DNA from: Litorivicinaceae bacterium
Lineage (GTDB): Bacteria > Pseudomonadota > Gammaproteobacteria > Pseudomonadales > Litorivicinaceae
Direction: 5' to 3'
Assembly (NCBI GenBank): GCA_965659195.1
Contig: CBFHVZ010000006.1
Coordinates: forward strand, 2,076-66,075
Length of the DNA stretch: 64,000 bases
Positions 18,263 to 35,185 of this stretch are shown piece after piece (positions within the stretch are counted from its first letter, which is position 1; each line of letters starts with the position of its first letter). Both the position numbers and the translations under genes were made by a program. The notes beneath the pieces are model-generated. The model was not told the origin of the DNA. It saw only the letters and a list, made by a program, of their open reading frames with translations, and did not search any database.

Positions 18263-19531
18263 TTAGGAACGCTTAAACTCTGGGTAGGCTTCGATGCCGC
18301 AGTCGACAACGTCCAGACCCAAATACTCTTCTTCCTCGGTCACACGCACACCCATGACCACCTTCAAGATGCTCCAGATGATCAGTGAGGCGATAAAGGT
18401 GAAGCCGAAGATCGCAACGATACCCAGTACCTGACCGCTCAGAGTCGCGTCACCGTTCGAGAACAAGACAGCCAGCAAGCCCCAAATACCGGCCACACCG
18501 TGTACTGAGATGGCACCGACTGGGTCGTCGATTTTGATGCGGTCCAAAGCCAAGATTGAGAAGACCACAATCACACCACCGATTGCACCCACAATGGTCG
18601 CGAATCCGGCGCTCGGTGACAGTGGATCTGCGGTGATAGACACCAGACCCGCCAGGGCACCGTTCAAGGCCATTGAAAGATCGGCTTTACCGAACATCAG
18701 CTTAGCAACGAGCGCGGCTGCGATTGCGCCACCTGCGGCTGCCATGTTGGTGTTCAGGAAGATCTGAGCCACCGCGTTTGAGTTTTCAACATCAGACACG
18801 GCCAACTGAGAGCCACCGTTAAAGCCGAACCAGCCCAACCACAGGATGAAGGTACCCAGTGTCGCCAATGGCATGTTTGCACCTGGGATCGCGTTAACTT
18901 CTCCGTTCGGGCCGTACTTGCCTTTACGAGCACCCAAGACCAGAACGCCAGCCAATGCAGCGGCTGCACCACACATGTGGACGATACCTGAACCCGCGAA
19001 GTCGCTGAATCCTGCTTCCGACAAGAAGCCACCGCCCCAGCTCCATGAACCCTGGATTGGGTAAATGAATCCTGTGAAGATCACAGCGAAAGCCAAGAAA
19101 GCAAACAGCTTCATCCGCTCAGCCACAGCACCTGAAATGATCGACATACCTGTGGCTACGAACACCACCTGGAAGAAGAAATCAGAACGTGCTGAATAGT
19201 AAGGTGCGTCATCGCCACCTGCCAAAACGGCATCGACTGCGTTTTCTTCACCGATCAAGAATCCAAGGTTCGGAATCAATCCGGTCCATGAATCGTTGAT
19301 GTACATGAGGTTGTAGCCGACCAGTAGGTACATGACACAGGCGATGGCATACAACAGGACGTTTTTTGTCAGAATTTCAGTGGTGTTTTTGGCGCGCACT
19401 AAGCCGGCTTCGAGCATGGCGAAACCTGCCGCCATCCACATTACCAGCGCACCGGACAATAGAAAGTAAAAAGTATCGAGGGCGTAGGCCAACTGGGCCA
19501 GGTCGCCACTCACGGTAGCTAAATCGTTCAC
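18263..19531 (-). CDS. amtB: ammonium transporter
   Basis: Polytopic membrane protein with Amt motifs AGFAMLEAG and VHGVAGIWG. GTG start is preceded by AGGAGAG. Lies directly downstream of glnK. Confidence 0.92.
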   Translation of the reverse strand: MNDLATVSGDLAQLAYALDTFYFLLSGALVMWMAAGFAMLEAGLVRAKNTTEILTKNVLLYAIACVMYLLVGYNLMYINDSWTGLIPNLGFLIGEENAVDAVLAGGDDAPYYSARSDFFFQVVFVATGMSIISGAVAERMKLFAFLAFAVIFTGFIYPIQGSWSWGGGFLSEAGFSDFAGSGIVHMCGAAAALAGVLVLGARKGKYGPNGEVNAIPGANMPLATLGTFILWLGWFGFNGGSQLAVSDVENSNAVAQIFLNTNMAAAGGAIAAALVAKLMFGKADLSMALNGALAGLVSITADPLSPSAGFATIVGAIGGVIVVFSILALDRIKIDDPVGAISVHGVAGIWGLLAVLFSNGDATLSGQVLGIVAIFGFTFIASLIIWSILKVVMGVRVTEEEEYLGLDVVDCGIEAYPEFKRS

Positions 19532-19574
19532 AATGACTCTCCTGCGAAGTGTGGTCGTTGATCAGTAGTGTGAG

Positions 19575-19937
<363 letters not shown>

Positions 19938-19971
19938 CTAACGGGAGGAAAAACCTCTCAAGGGGACCTTA

Positions 19972-19987
19972 TGCAGATCGCGTGCCA
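19972..19987 (-). promoter_or_regulatory. sigma-54 (-24/-12) promoter of glnK-amtB
   Basis: The minus strand reads TGGCAC-GCGAT-CTGCA (GG-N10-GC spacing), about 60 nt upstream of the glnK ATG. Confidence 0.7.
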
Positions 19988-20040
19988 ACTAATCACTTCG
20001 CAGGAGATTAAGGATTTTTAGTGGGTTACCCCGGTCTAAA

Positions 20041-20098
20041 GCACCGTTATTGCGCACGACTTGCACTGTAACGAGTTTCTAAGCACCAGAATAGTGCG
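20041..20098. promoter_or_regulatory. two NtrC-type enhancer sites upstream of the glnK promoter
   Basis: GCACC-gttat-TGCGCA at 20041-20056 and GCACC-agaat-AGTGCG at 20083-20098, compared with consensus TGCACC-N5-GGTGCA. They lie 55-110 bp upstream of the sigma-54 promoter. Confidence 0.5.
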
Positions 20099-20167
20099 GA
20101 CATCTATCAGTGGATTTTTTTCCAACAAACCGCATGATGTGAGTAGTTGAACCCAAGGAGGCTGCCT

Positions 20168-20416
20168 GTGTTAAATCGCGATGCATTGAATGACATGGCC
20201 AATAAAATTGCCGATGCCCTGCCTGAGCCCGCCCGCAAAATGCAGGCGCAGTTCAAAGCGCAGGTGGAAGAAATGATCAGCCAAGGGCTGAAAGATCTCA
20301 AAGTGGTCACGCGAGATGACTTCGACCGCCAAGCGGAAAAGCTCTCCAAAGCGGAAGCCAAGCTGGCTGAGCTGGAAGCCCGCCTGAACGCGCTCGAACC
20401 CGCTCAGAAAAAATAA
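20168..20416 (+). CDS. ubiK: ubiquinone biosynthesis accessory factor UbiK (YqiC/BMFP family coiled-coil protein)
   Basis: Short coiled-coil protein with KVVTRDDFDRQAEKL...LAELEARLNALE, resembling E. coli YqiC (LVSREEFDVQ...). GTG at 20168 lies 7 nt after AAGGAGG. The track ORF starts at 20147. Confidence 0.7.
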   Translation: MLNRDALNDMANKIADALPEPARKMQAQFKAQVEEMISQGLKDLKVVTRDDFDRQAEKLSKAEAKLAELEARLNALEPAQKK

Positions 20417-20442
20417 ACCTCACACTCAACGGCTCGGCAAAA

Positions 20443-20462
20443 TACTGTATATAATTACAGCA
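20443..20462 (+). promoter_or_regulatory. LexA (SOS) box overlapping the dnaE2 start codon, with an embedded TATAAT
   Basis: TACTGTATATAATTACAGCA equals CTGT-N8-ACAG, with 17/20 matches to TACTGTATATATATACAGTA. TATAAT sits at 20450-20455. The last base of the box is the A of the dnaE2 ATG. Confidence 0.75.
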
Positions 20463-23400
20463 TGTTTGCTGAGCTGTGCTGTACATCCAATTTCACCTTT
20501 CTCACCGGGGCGTCACACCCAGACGAATATGTTTGGCGAGCCCAGTCCTTAGGCTATCGAGGCCTAGGACTCACAGATGAAGCCAGCGTCTCCGGCTCCG
20601 TACGCGCTCATGTCGCCGCACAAGCCGCCGGCATCCCCCTGGTGCACGGGGCTTTTTTTCAATTGGAACCTGGCTGGCACCTAAGTCTTCTAGCCACCAA
20701 CCGCGCCGGCTGGGGAGAACTGTGCCAGCTCATCAGTCTGTCTCGACGCCGCGCTGAGAAGGGGCAATACCAAATCAGTCATCGGGATTTGTTCGGCCAA
20801 GCCGATCACCTGCTCTGCCTATGGCACCCAGACCCCCATGCCGTGCAATGGACTCGACAGATTGAAGCCCTCCATCATGTATTCAGGGGGCGCTTTTGGA
20901 TCGCAGCCCACTTACCTGAAGACGGCCATCAGGCGGCCTTAGCAGAACGGATCGATCTCACTGCGTTTGAGTGGAACCTACCTGTCGTAGCCACTCAGCG
21001 TCCGCTGATGCATCAGCGGCAACGTTTGAAGCTGCAACACACACTCACTGCCATTCGGCTCAATCAATCCTTAGCGGAAACCGCCGACCGCCTAGAGCGC
21101 TCCAGTGAACGCACACTGTTATCGATAGAGGCCTTAGGCGCCCGCTACCCCGCCCCCTGGCTTCATGAGTCACTCAATATTCTGGATCGGGTGGACTGGT
21201 CATTGGATCGGTTGCGCTATGAATACCCGAAAGAGCTGTGCCCTCCTCATTACAGCTCGGAACACGCCTTCCTCAAAGACTTGGTGTTCGAAGGGGCAGA
21301 AAAACGATGGCCTGAAGGCGTTCCCGATTCCGTCTGGACGCTGATTGACAAAGAACTGTCGTTGATCGAGTCCTTAGAGTACGCCTGCTATTTTTTAACG
21401 GTGCATGACATAGTGGCTTATGCCCGTTCGCGAGGCATTTTATGCCAGGGCCGGGGTTCAGCCGCCAACTCGGTCGTCTGCTATTGCCTGTTCATCACTG
21501 AAGTGGACCCTAGCCGCGTATCGGTACTCTTTGAGCGATTTGTTTCCAAAGAACGAAACGAGCCTCCGGATATCGATGTCGATTTTGAACACAGTCGTCG
21601 CGATGAAGTAATCGCATACATCTATCAAAAGTACTCCAAAGAACGAGCCGCTTTGGCATCTGCCGTCATCACCTATCAAAAACGCTCGGCGATCCGCGAT
21701 GTAGGCAAGGCCTTGGGTCTGCCGATCGACCTCACTGAAGCGCTGTCCGGCAGTCTCGCGTGGTGGGACAAGAAAGATGCCATGTTGGCGCGTTTTAGCG
21801 AACTCGGCATTGACCCCGAAAGCCGTCAAATCCGCTTACTGATTGAGTTGGTCCACTCACTGTTGGGATTCCCGAGACATCTCACGCAGCACGTGGGCGG
21901 TTTTGTGATTTCTGAAGGACCGTTGTCAGCCCTCTGCCCCATTGAAAACACCGCCATGGAGACCCGCACCTGTCTGCAGTGGGATAAAGACGACATCGAA
22001 GCCTTAGGGCTTATGAAAATTGATGTGCTGGCACTTGGGATGTTAAGCGCGATCCGACATGCGCTGGCATTGGCGACTGGCTATGCGAAGAGCCACGCCC
22101 CCACACAAGGCCCCTATGCCTCGCCACCGGCCCAAATATCCGACATTCCTGCTGAAGATCCCAAGGTCTATGACATGCTGTGCCGAGGCGATGCCATTGG
22201 CGTGTTCCAAGTCGAGTCGCGCGCCCAATTGGCCATGCTGCCGCGCCTAAAGCCCCGCACCTATTACGATTTGGTGGTGGAGGTTGCGATTGTTCGACCC
22301 GGTCCGATTCAGGGGGACATGGTGCACCCCTATCTCCGACGGCGCGATGGACTTGAGGCCCGAGAGCCTCAACCGAAGGCCATCGCAGACGTTTTAGATC
22401 GCACACTCGGTGTACCGATCTTCCAGGAACAAGTGATCCAACTGGTCATGGTGGCCGCAGGCTTTTCGGCCGGCCAAGCCGATGCCTTGCGACGTGCAAT
22501 GGCGTCTTGGAAAGGCGGTCAGGGACTGGCGCACTTTCATGATCAAATCGTCAGTGGCATGTGTGCCCGAGGTCATGACCGCGCATTCGCGGAGCGGTTG
22601 TGTCATCAAATTGAAGGGTTCGGAAAATACGGATTTCCAGAATCCCATGCTGCGAGTTTTGCACTGCTTGTCTATGTATCCGCCTGGTTGAAATGCCATC
22701 TGTCGGCCGCTTTCTATACAGGCTTACTCAATGCACAACCCATGGGCTTTTACACCCCCTCGCAATTACTGGCCGATGCTCAACGGCATGGGATCGAGGT
22801 TCGGCCGATCGACGTCAATCACTCCGAATGGCTCAGTACCCTAGAAGCCAGTGAACAAGGCCCTGCTATCCGGTTAGGTTTTCACCTCATCAAAGGCTTA
22901 TCACAGCAAACAGCAGAGTCCATTGTGAGCCATCGAAACGGCCCCTTCCCCAGTTTGGAAACCTTCCGTTGGCAAACTGGGCTCAAAACTGGGGAACTTG
23001 AGACACTGGCAGGTGCCCATGCCTTTCGGTCATTCACCGACAATCGATTCGATGGGTTTTGGCAACTCGGTGACGCCGAATCACAACTGCCTTTATTCAG
23101 ACATACCAAAGATTCTGGTGATCACGCACCCAGAGCCCCCAAACTTGGGGAAACACTGGTTGCCGACTACCAAACCACCGGACTGTCGCTGGAAGCGCAT
23201 CCGATGCAGTTATTACGGACCAAACCGCCCTTTAAAACATGTCGACGCGCCAACGAGCTGATCCGGCTGCCCAGGCATGCTGATTTAACGGTGTCTGTCG
23301 CAGGCTTAGTGGCCACCCGTCAGCGACCGGGCTCTGCATCGGGCGTGGTCTTCATCACGCTAGAAGACGAAGACGGTCCAATCAACTGCATCGTCTGGCC

Positions 23401-23566
23401 CTCACTGGTCGACACCTATCGTCAGGCCATTTTGCAAAGCCGGCTGTTAAAAATTCGGGGAAAAGTCCAATCTGAACACGGTGTCGTGCATGTGATCGCA
23501 GACCATTTAGAAGATCTCAGCGCATGGCTTGGGGCGCTCACCCCAAGCCAGCGGGATTTTCACTGA
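20462..23566 (+). CDS. dnaE2: error-prone DNA polymerase III alpha-like subunit DnaE2 (ImuC)
   Basis: 1034 aa. N-terminal PHP domain begins FAELCCTSNFTFLTGAS, typical of DnaE2. Pol III alpha core and a C-terminal OB region are present. The size is shorter than DnaE1. A LexA box lies immediately upstream. Confidence 0.88.
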   Translation: MFAELCCTSNFTFLTGASHPDEYVWRAQSLGYRGLGLTDEASVSGSVRAHVAAQAAGIPLVHGAFFQLEPGWHLSLLATNRAGWGELCQLISLSRRRAEKGQYQISHRDLFGQADHLLCLWHPDPHAVQWTRQIEALHHVFRGRFWIAAHLPEDGHQAALAERIDLTAFEWNLPVVATQRPLMHQRQRLKLQHTLTAIRLNQSLAETADRLERSSERTLLSIEALGARYPAPWLHESLNILDRVDWSLDRLRYEYPKELCPPHYSSEHAFLKDLVFEGAEKRWPEGVPDSVWTLIDKELSLIESLEYACYFLTVHDIVAYARSRGILCQGRGSAANSVVCYCLFITEVDPSRVSVLFERFVSKERNEPPDIDVDFEHSRRDEVIAYIYQKYSKERAALASAVITYQKRSAIRDVGKALGLPIDLTEALSGSLAWWDKKDAMLARFSELGIDPESRQIRLLIELVHSLLGFPRHLTQHVGGFVISEGPLSALCPIENTAMETRTCLQWDKDDIEALGLMKIDVLALGMLSAIRHALALATGYAKSHAPTQGPYASPPAQISDIPAEDPKVYDMLCRGDAIGVFQVESRAQLAMLPRLKPRTYYDLVVEVAIVRPGPIQGDMVHPYLRRRDGLEAREPQPKAIADVLDRTLGVPIFQEQVIQLVMVAAGFSAGQADALRRAMASWKGGQGLAHFHDQIVSGMCARGHDRAFAERLCHQIEGFGKYGFPESHAASFALLVYVSAWLKCHLSAAFYTGLLNAQPMGFYTPSQLLADAQRHGIEVRPIDVNHSEWLSTLEASEQGPAIRLGFHLIKGLSQQTAESIVSHRNGPFPSLETFRWQTGLKTGELETLAGAHAFRSFTDNRFDGFWQLGDAESQLPLFRHTKDSGDHAPRAPKLGETLVADYQTTGLSLEAHPMQLLRTKPPFKTCRRANELIRLPRHADLTVSVAGLVATRQRPGSASGVVFITLEDEDGPINCIVWPSLVDTYRQAILQSRLLKIRGKVQSEHGVVHVIADHLEDLSAWLGALTPSQRDFH

Positions 23567-24849
23567 AGGGTGTCGTCAATGCGGGCGATGGCGCTGTCTG
23601 ACAAATCACCCATCGCTTGATCAAATTCCAACTGACGGATGACATGGGTATGTCGTGCCTTAGCCAAATCGCGTTCCGCCGCGATGAGATCTTTCTGGGC
23701 GTTTAACACTTCAACGATGTCCCCCGCACCCACGGCATAGGCGGCTTCGGTGGCCTCGAGCCGACTGGCTGCAGAGACAATGGCCAACTGCCGGGCTTCA
23801 ACTGTTCTGGCACTGGCCTCTAGGGCGCGGTATGCCAGAGCGATGCCCGACTTTACAGCCCGCTCGGTAGCCAACAAATCAGCCTGAGCCTGCTCTACGC
23901 CCGCCATGGCCACGGCCACACCGGCATCCCGAGCTCCGTTGGTGAAAAGGGGCGCTGATAACGTCATAGAGACCACGTTGGACCGCGATGTCCCATTGGC
24001 CGAAGCCGTCGCACTGCCTGAGGTATCGGACATACTAAATTTCGAAGACAAGGCCACGCTGGGCGTGGTCTCTGCCCGAGCCTGATCCAAAGACGCATAG
24101 GCACTGCCTAACGCTTCTTGTTTTGCGATGACCGAGGGGTGTGCTTGCACCCAGGCGTCGATATCGTTCTGCATCGACCGATGCACGGTGGCTTCAAAGG
24201 CTTCGCTTAAATCGGCCAAGGCCATGACCGGCTGATCAATCAATTCCGACAGCGCAGATTGCGCCGTCTCCAAGGCTACCTCGGACGAAATCACCGACAC
24301 CTGGGCCAGATCGAGTCGCGCACGCGCCTGATCCACATCGACTCGGGTCCCGATACCCACCGACAGTCGTTCTTCGGCCTGCTCTAACTGGCGCTCAAAC
24401 GCGGTCACCTCAGCTTTGGCGGCCGCCAGATCCTGCTCGGCAGACAGCACATCAAAGTACGCCTCAGCCACAGACACCATATGTGTTTGACGATACGCCG
24501 CCAAAGTGGCGTCTGCACCGCGGGCACTGGCTCGTTGCGATCTGATTGAGGCATTCAGTTCACGGTTGTACAGAGGCAAGCTAAACGTCACCGACAAGCT
24601 CCCGGTTTCACTGGTGTTATCGGTGACCAAATTTTCAGTGGCTTGGGCTGTTGCGCTGGCATCTACACTCAACCCTCGACCAGCTCGAGTTTGATCTTCA
24701 CGAGCCGAGGCCGCATCTCGAATCGCCACTTGCCCGGATAAGGCGGGATCGTTGGCGCGCGCCAACTCATACACATCCGAAAGCGTCAACGGATTCGCGA
24801 ACGCGACGCTTGAACCGAATAGGCCAATCACGAGAAATGGGAAGCGCAT
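23560..24849 (-). CDS. tolC: TolC-family outer membrane channel
   Basis: Signal peptide MRFPFLVIGLFGSSVAFA. Two internally repeated alpha-helical/beta-barrel halves rich in A/Q/L. 429 aa. Confidence 0.8.
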   Translation of the reverse strand: MRFPFLVIGLFGSSVAFANPLTLSDVYELARANDPALSGQVAIRDAASAREDQTRAGRGLSVDASATAQATENLVTDNTSETGSLSVTFSLPLYNRELNASIRSQRASARGADATLAAYRQTHMVSVAEAYFDVLSAEQDLAAAKAEVTAFERQLEQAEERLSVGIGTRVDVDQARARLDLAQVSVISSEVALETAQSALSELIDQPVMALADLSEAFEATVHRSMQNDIDAWVQAHPSVIAKQEALGSAYASLDQARAETTPSVALSSKFSMSDTSGSATASANGTSRSNVVSMTLSAPLFTNGARDAGVAVAMAGVEQAQADLLATERAVKSGIALAYRALEASARTVEARQLAIVSAASRLEATEAAYAVGAGDIVEVLNAQKDLIAAERDLAKARHTHVIRQLEFDQAMGDLSDSAIARIDDTLQ

Positions 24850-24858
24850 GGGTATTCC

Positions 24859-25928
24859 TCAGTTAGTGCCGGCGTGCAGGGCCCGGCTGATCTCTTGCAC
24901 TGCCTTGATCATAGTGGCAGGACGTGACGGATCAACGTGCTGATTAATCCCATGGCCTAAATTAAATACATGACCCGGGTGCGAACCGAAGCTGGTCAAT
25001 ACCCGCTCAACCTCGCGCCGAATCTGCTCATCGTTACCAAACAGGACCGACGGATCGAGATTACCTTGAAGCGCCACCCGATTTCCGACTCGTTCACGAC
25101 ATTGACCCACATCAACGGTCCAATCCAGACCTAAGGCATCGCATCCGGTATCGGCCATCGCCTCAAGCCACTGGCCACCGCCTTTGGTGAACAAAATAAC
25201 TGGAACCGGACGACCGTCGGCTTCACGGACCAAACCCTGAACAATCGATTCCATATATTTCAAGGAAAACTCACGGTAGGCGGGCTCGGTCAGGACACCC
25301 CCCCAGGTATCAAAAATTTGCACCGCTTGTGCGCCGGCTGCGATTTGCGCATTGAGGTAATCGGTCACAGCAGCCGCAAGTTTTTCTAACAGGGCATGCA
25401 GAGCACCTGGATCTGAATACATCAGGCCTTTGGCGTAGCGGTATTCTTTGGAGCCTGCCCCTTCGATCATATAAGTCGCCAAGGTCCATGGGCTGCCTGA
25501 GAACCCGATCAGCGGCACCCGACCATTTAATTCACGACGAATGGTTTTCACCGCATTCATCACATAATCCAGGGCATCGGCCATTGGCGGCACCGGTAAC
25601 CGATCGATATCGGCGGCTGTCCGCACAGGATTCGAGAAACGGGGGCCCTCTCCGGCTTCGAAGTACAGACCGCAACCCATCGCATCGGGGATCGTCAGGA
25701 TGTCGGAGAACAAGATAGCTGCATCCAACGGATACCGCTCAAGCGGTTGGATGGTGACTTCACAGGCTAACTCTGCGTTTTTACACAGGCTCATGAAGTC
25801 CCCTGCCTGAGCACGTGTCGCACGGTACTCAGGAAGATATCGACCGGCCTGGCGCATCATCCACACAGGCGTCTGATCTACCGGCTGGCGCATGAGCGCG
25901 CGGAGGAACCGGTCGTTTTTTAAATCCG

Positions 25929-25932
<4 letters not shown>
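24859..25932 (-). CDS. hemE: uroporphyrinogen decarboxylase
   Basis: N-terminal [15 protein letters not shown] motif. 357 aa. Confidence 0.93.
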
Positions 25933-33084
<7,152 letters not shown>

Positions 33085-33246
33085 ATGCTTTCCTACCTAT
33101 GCGACCCCTGTAGGCCGCCACCATTTATGAGCAAGGCGGGCATCTCCCACCTCAAAAATCTATCCCTTGTCGTCGCGCTGGCGTGCACGGATTGCCTGAC
33201 GCGTCCGGTCCATCATGCGAAGTCAACCGCCTGAATCCGCAGAGAA

Positions 33247-33279
33247 AAAGGCCGCGTAGTATATGTCTCACGGGCCTTT
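33247..33279 (-). terminator. weak candidate intrinsic terminator after the AAA ATPase gene
   Basis: Minus-strand hairpin AAAGGCC(CG)...(CG)GGCCTTT with a 14-nt loop and one bulge, followed by TTCTCT. The stem is short and the U-tract poor. Confidence 0.25.
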
Positions 33280-33305
33280 CGAGCAAATATCAACGACTGA
33301 CTGAA

Positions 33306-34121
33306 TTAATCCCCTGATCCGGAGTTCAACGGAATGATCGTTGGGGTGACTGGCGGTGGTTTGTGTGTGGCCTGAAACTGACCGTACGCCAGTACAAGCA
33401 AAAGAATCGCACCCAGAGCAAGAAAAATCCAGAGGCGGCGACGCGGTGCGCGAGATCGAGGGTTGTTGAATTCCTGTTCCGGGTTTGAGGAAGACACCGG
33501 CATAAACTGATCCACAGACTCAGTCAGAGCAGCCATTAGCTCACCTGGCCGATCTGCCAACTGCGCGAGTGCAGATTCCATCGCAGCCTTCGGGAGCCCA
33601 GGTGAACCTGCTGGCCAGGCACTTTCGAGGTCCGCCACATCCCATCTCGGCAGAACCACCTGGCTTGGCACAAGCCCCAACGATATGGCTCGATTTGCCA
33701 GAGCTGAATCGCCCACCAAAAGAACAGACCACGATTCGCCGTATCGGCCTTTGGCCATTTCACTCAACCAAAGCAGCACGGCATCCGGAAGTGCATCTGC
33801 TGGATCCACTGCGATATCAAATGCACCCCGAGCGGTCTCTTTCGATTTCTGCTGATGCAGGCGCGTGAGGAGATGTGCCTCATCGGCATCGGTCAGAAGC
33901 CCAACAGAGGCCGCCAATTGCGTAATCGCGTCAGCGCGAGAGGAGATCTCTTGTCCTTTTAGAAACAGGGGCGAAACGGGTGTCTCTAGGATCAGGGTTT
34001 CTAAGAGATGCGATTTTCCCTGACCGGGGGCGCCCACCAAGATCACCACATCGCCAGCGAATCGAAGTGCGGCCTTGAGTCGGTCGCGTGCCGCTCGTTG
34101 AGAGGGGACTAGTGGCAACAC
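33306..34121 (-). CDS. P-loop AAA ATPase with C-terminal membrane anchor (ExeA/DamX-position protein)
   Basis: Walker A LVGAPGQGKSHLL and a Walker B-like SVLLVGD. Single TM RRLWIFLALGAILLLVLAYGQF near the C-terminus, then a short Pro-rich tail. Occupies the slot downstream of aroB. GTG start overlaps the aroB stop by 13 nt. Confidence 0.6.
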   Translation of the reverse strand: MLPLVPSQRAARDRLKAALRFAGDVVILVGAPGQGKSHLLETLILETPVSPLFLKGQEISSRADAITQLAASVGLLTDADEAHLLTRLHQQKSKETARGAFDIAVDPADALPDAVLLWLSEMAKGRYGESWSVLLVGDSALANRAISLGLVPSQVVLPRWDVADLESAWPAGSPGLPKAAMESALAQLADRPGELMAALTESVDQFMPVSSSNPEQEFNNPRSRAPRRRLWIFLALGAILLLVLAYGQFQATHKPPPVTPTIIPLNSGSGD

Positions 34122-35185
34122 GCGGTCAGCACTGCTTCTAACACGTCCGAGGGTACGGCATCGGCAATGTAGGCCTCTCCCAAACGGCGAAGCAGCACCA
34201 ACCGAAGTTGACCGTCTATATTTTTCTTATCGACCGCCATGTGCCGCAAAAAATCGCTGGGCGTCATGCCCGCGGGAGGTGTCACAGGTAGGCCGGCCCG
34301 CTCGCACACACGCACTACTCGCTCCACATCCTGTTCTGACAGGTCCCCAAGAGCAGCCGATGCGCGAGCCGCCATCACCATGCCTGCACCCACAGCCTCT
34401 CCGTGCAGCCAATCGCCGTATCCCAAATGGGCTTCGATCGCGTGGCCAAAGGTATGCCCCAGATTCAACCAGGCTCTCACGCCGCCCTCTTTTTCATCGC
34501 GCGCAACAATATCGGCCTTCATCTCACACGAGCGGGCAATGGCATAAGTCAACGCATCGGCATCCCGAGCAACCAACGCATCCATCGAGGACTCGATCCA
34601 ACCCAAAAATTGAATGTCGCCCAGTAAACCGTACTTAATGACCTCAGCGAGACCCGCCGACAGCTCACGATTGGGCAGCGTAGACAACACCTGGGTGTCG
34701 GCTAAAACCGCAACAGGCTGATGAAAGGCACCAATCATATTTTTTCCAAGCGGGTGGTTGACGCCTGTCTTACCGCCCACGGATGAGTCCACTTGGGCCA
34801 ACAACGTGGTCGGAATTTGAATGAAGGGGACGCCACGCTGATAGGTGGCCGCGGCAAATCCCACCATGTCACCCACAACGCCACCGCCCAAGGCTACAAA
34901 GGTGGCATTTCTTGAAAATCGACGGGTCAGCGCGGTCTCGTAAATGGCATTTAAGGTATCTAACTGTTTGTAAGCCTCACCATCGGGCAAAACCACGGTC
35001 GCCACATCAAATTCAGACAACGCTTCAAGCACGGGCTGTAAATAGAGCGACGCCAACGTCGTGTTGGTCACAACCAGAACCTGCTTACCCCGAATCCAGG
35101 GCGTCAAATGCGAGGCCGTTAACAAAGGCGTGCCAATCTCGATGGGATACGAACGATCGCCCAAGTCCACCTGCAAAACCGTCAT
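34109..35185 (-). CDS. aroB: 3-dehydroquinate synthase
   Basis: GGGVVGDMVGFAAATY and metal-binding HTFGHAIE...HGEAV motifs. ATG at 35185 forms an ATGA overlap with the aroK stop. The track ORF is 5'-extended to 35281, inside aroK. Confidence 0.92.
   Translation of the reverse strand: MTVLQVDLGDRSYPIEIGTPLLTASHLTPWIRGKQVLVVTNTTLASLYLQPVLEALSEFDVATVVLPDGEAYKQLDTLNAIYETALTRRFSRNATFVALGGGVVGDMVGFAAATYQRGVPFIQIPTTLLAQVDSSVGGKTGVNHPLGKNMIGAFHQPVAVLADTQVLSTLPNRELSAGLAEVIKYGLLGDIQFLGWIESSMDALVARDADALTYAIARSCEMKADIVARDEKEGGVRAWLNLGHTFGHAIEAHLGYGDWLHGEAVGAGMVMAARASAALGDLSEQDVERVVRVCERAGLPVTPPAGMTPSDFLRHMAVDKKNIDGQLRLVLLRRLGEAYIADAVPSDVLEAVLTACCH

Noticed and set aside
33178-33197. Sigma-54-like TGGCGT...TTGC element upstream of gltB
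   Set aside because: The GG-to-GC spacing is 2 nt too long. The element is also on the plus strand, pointing away from gltB.
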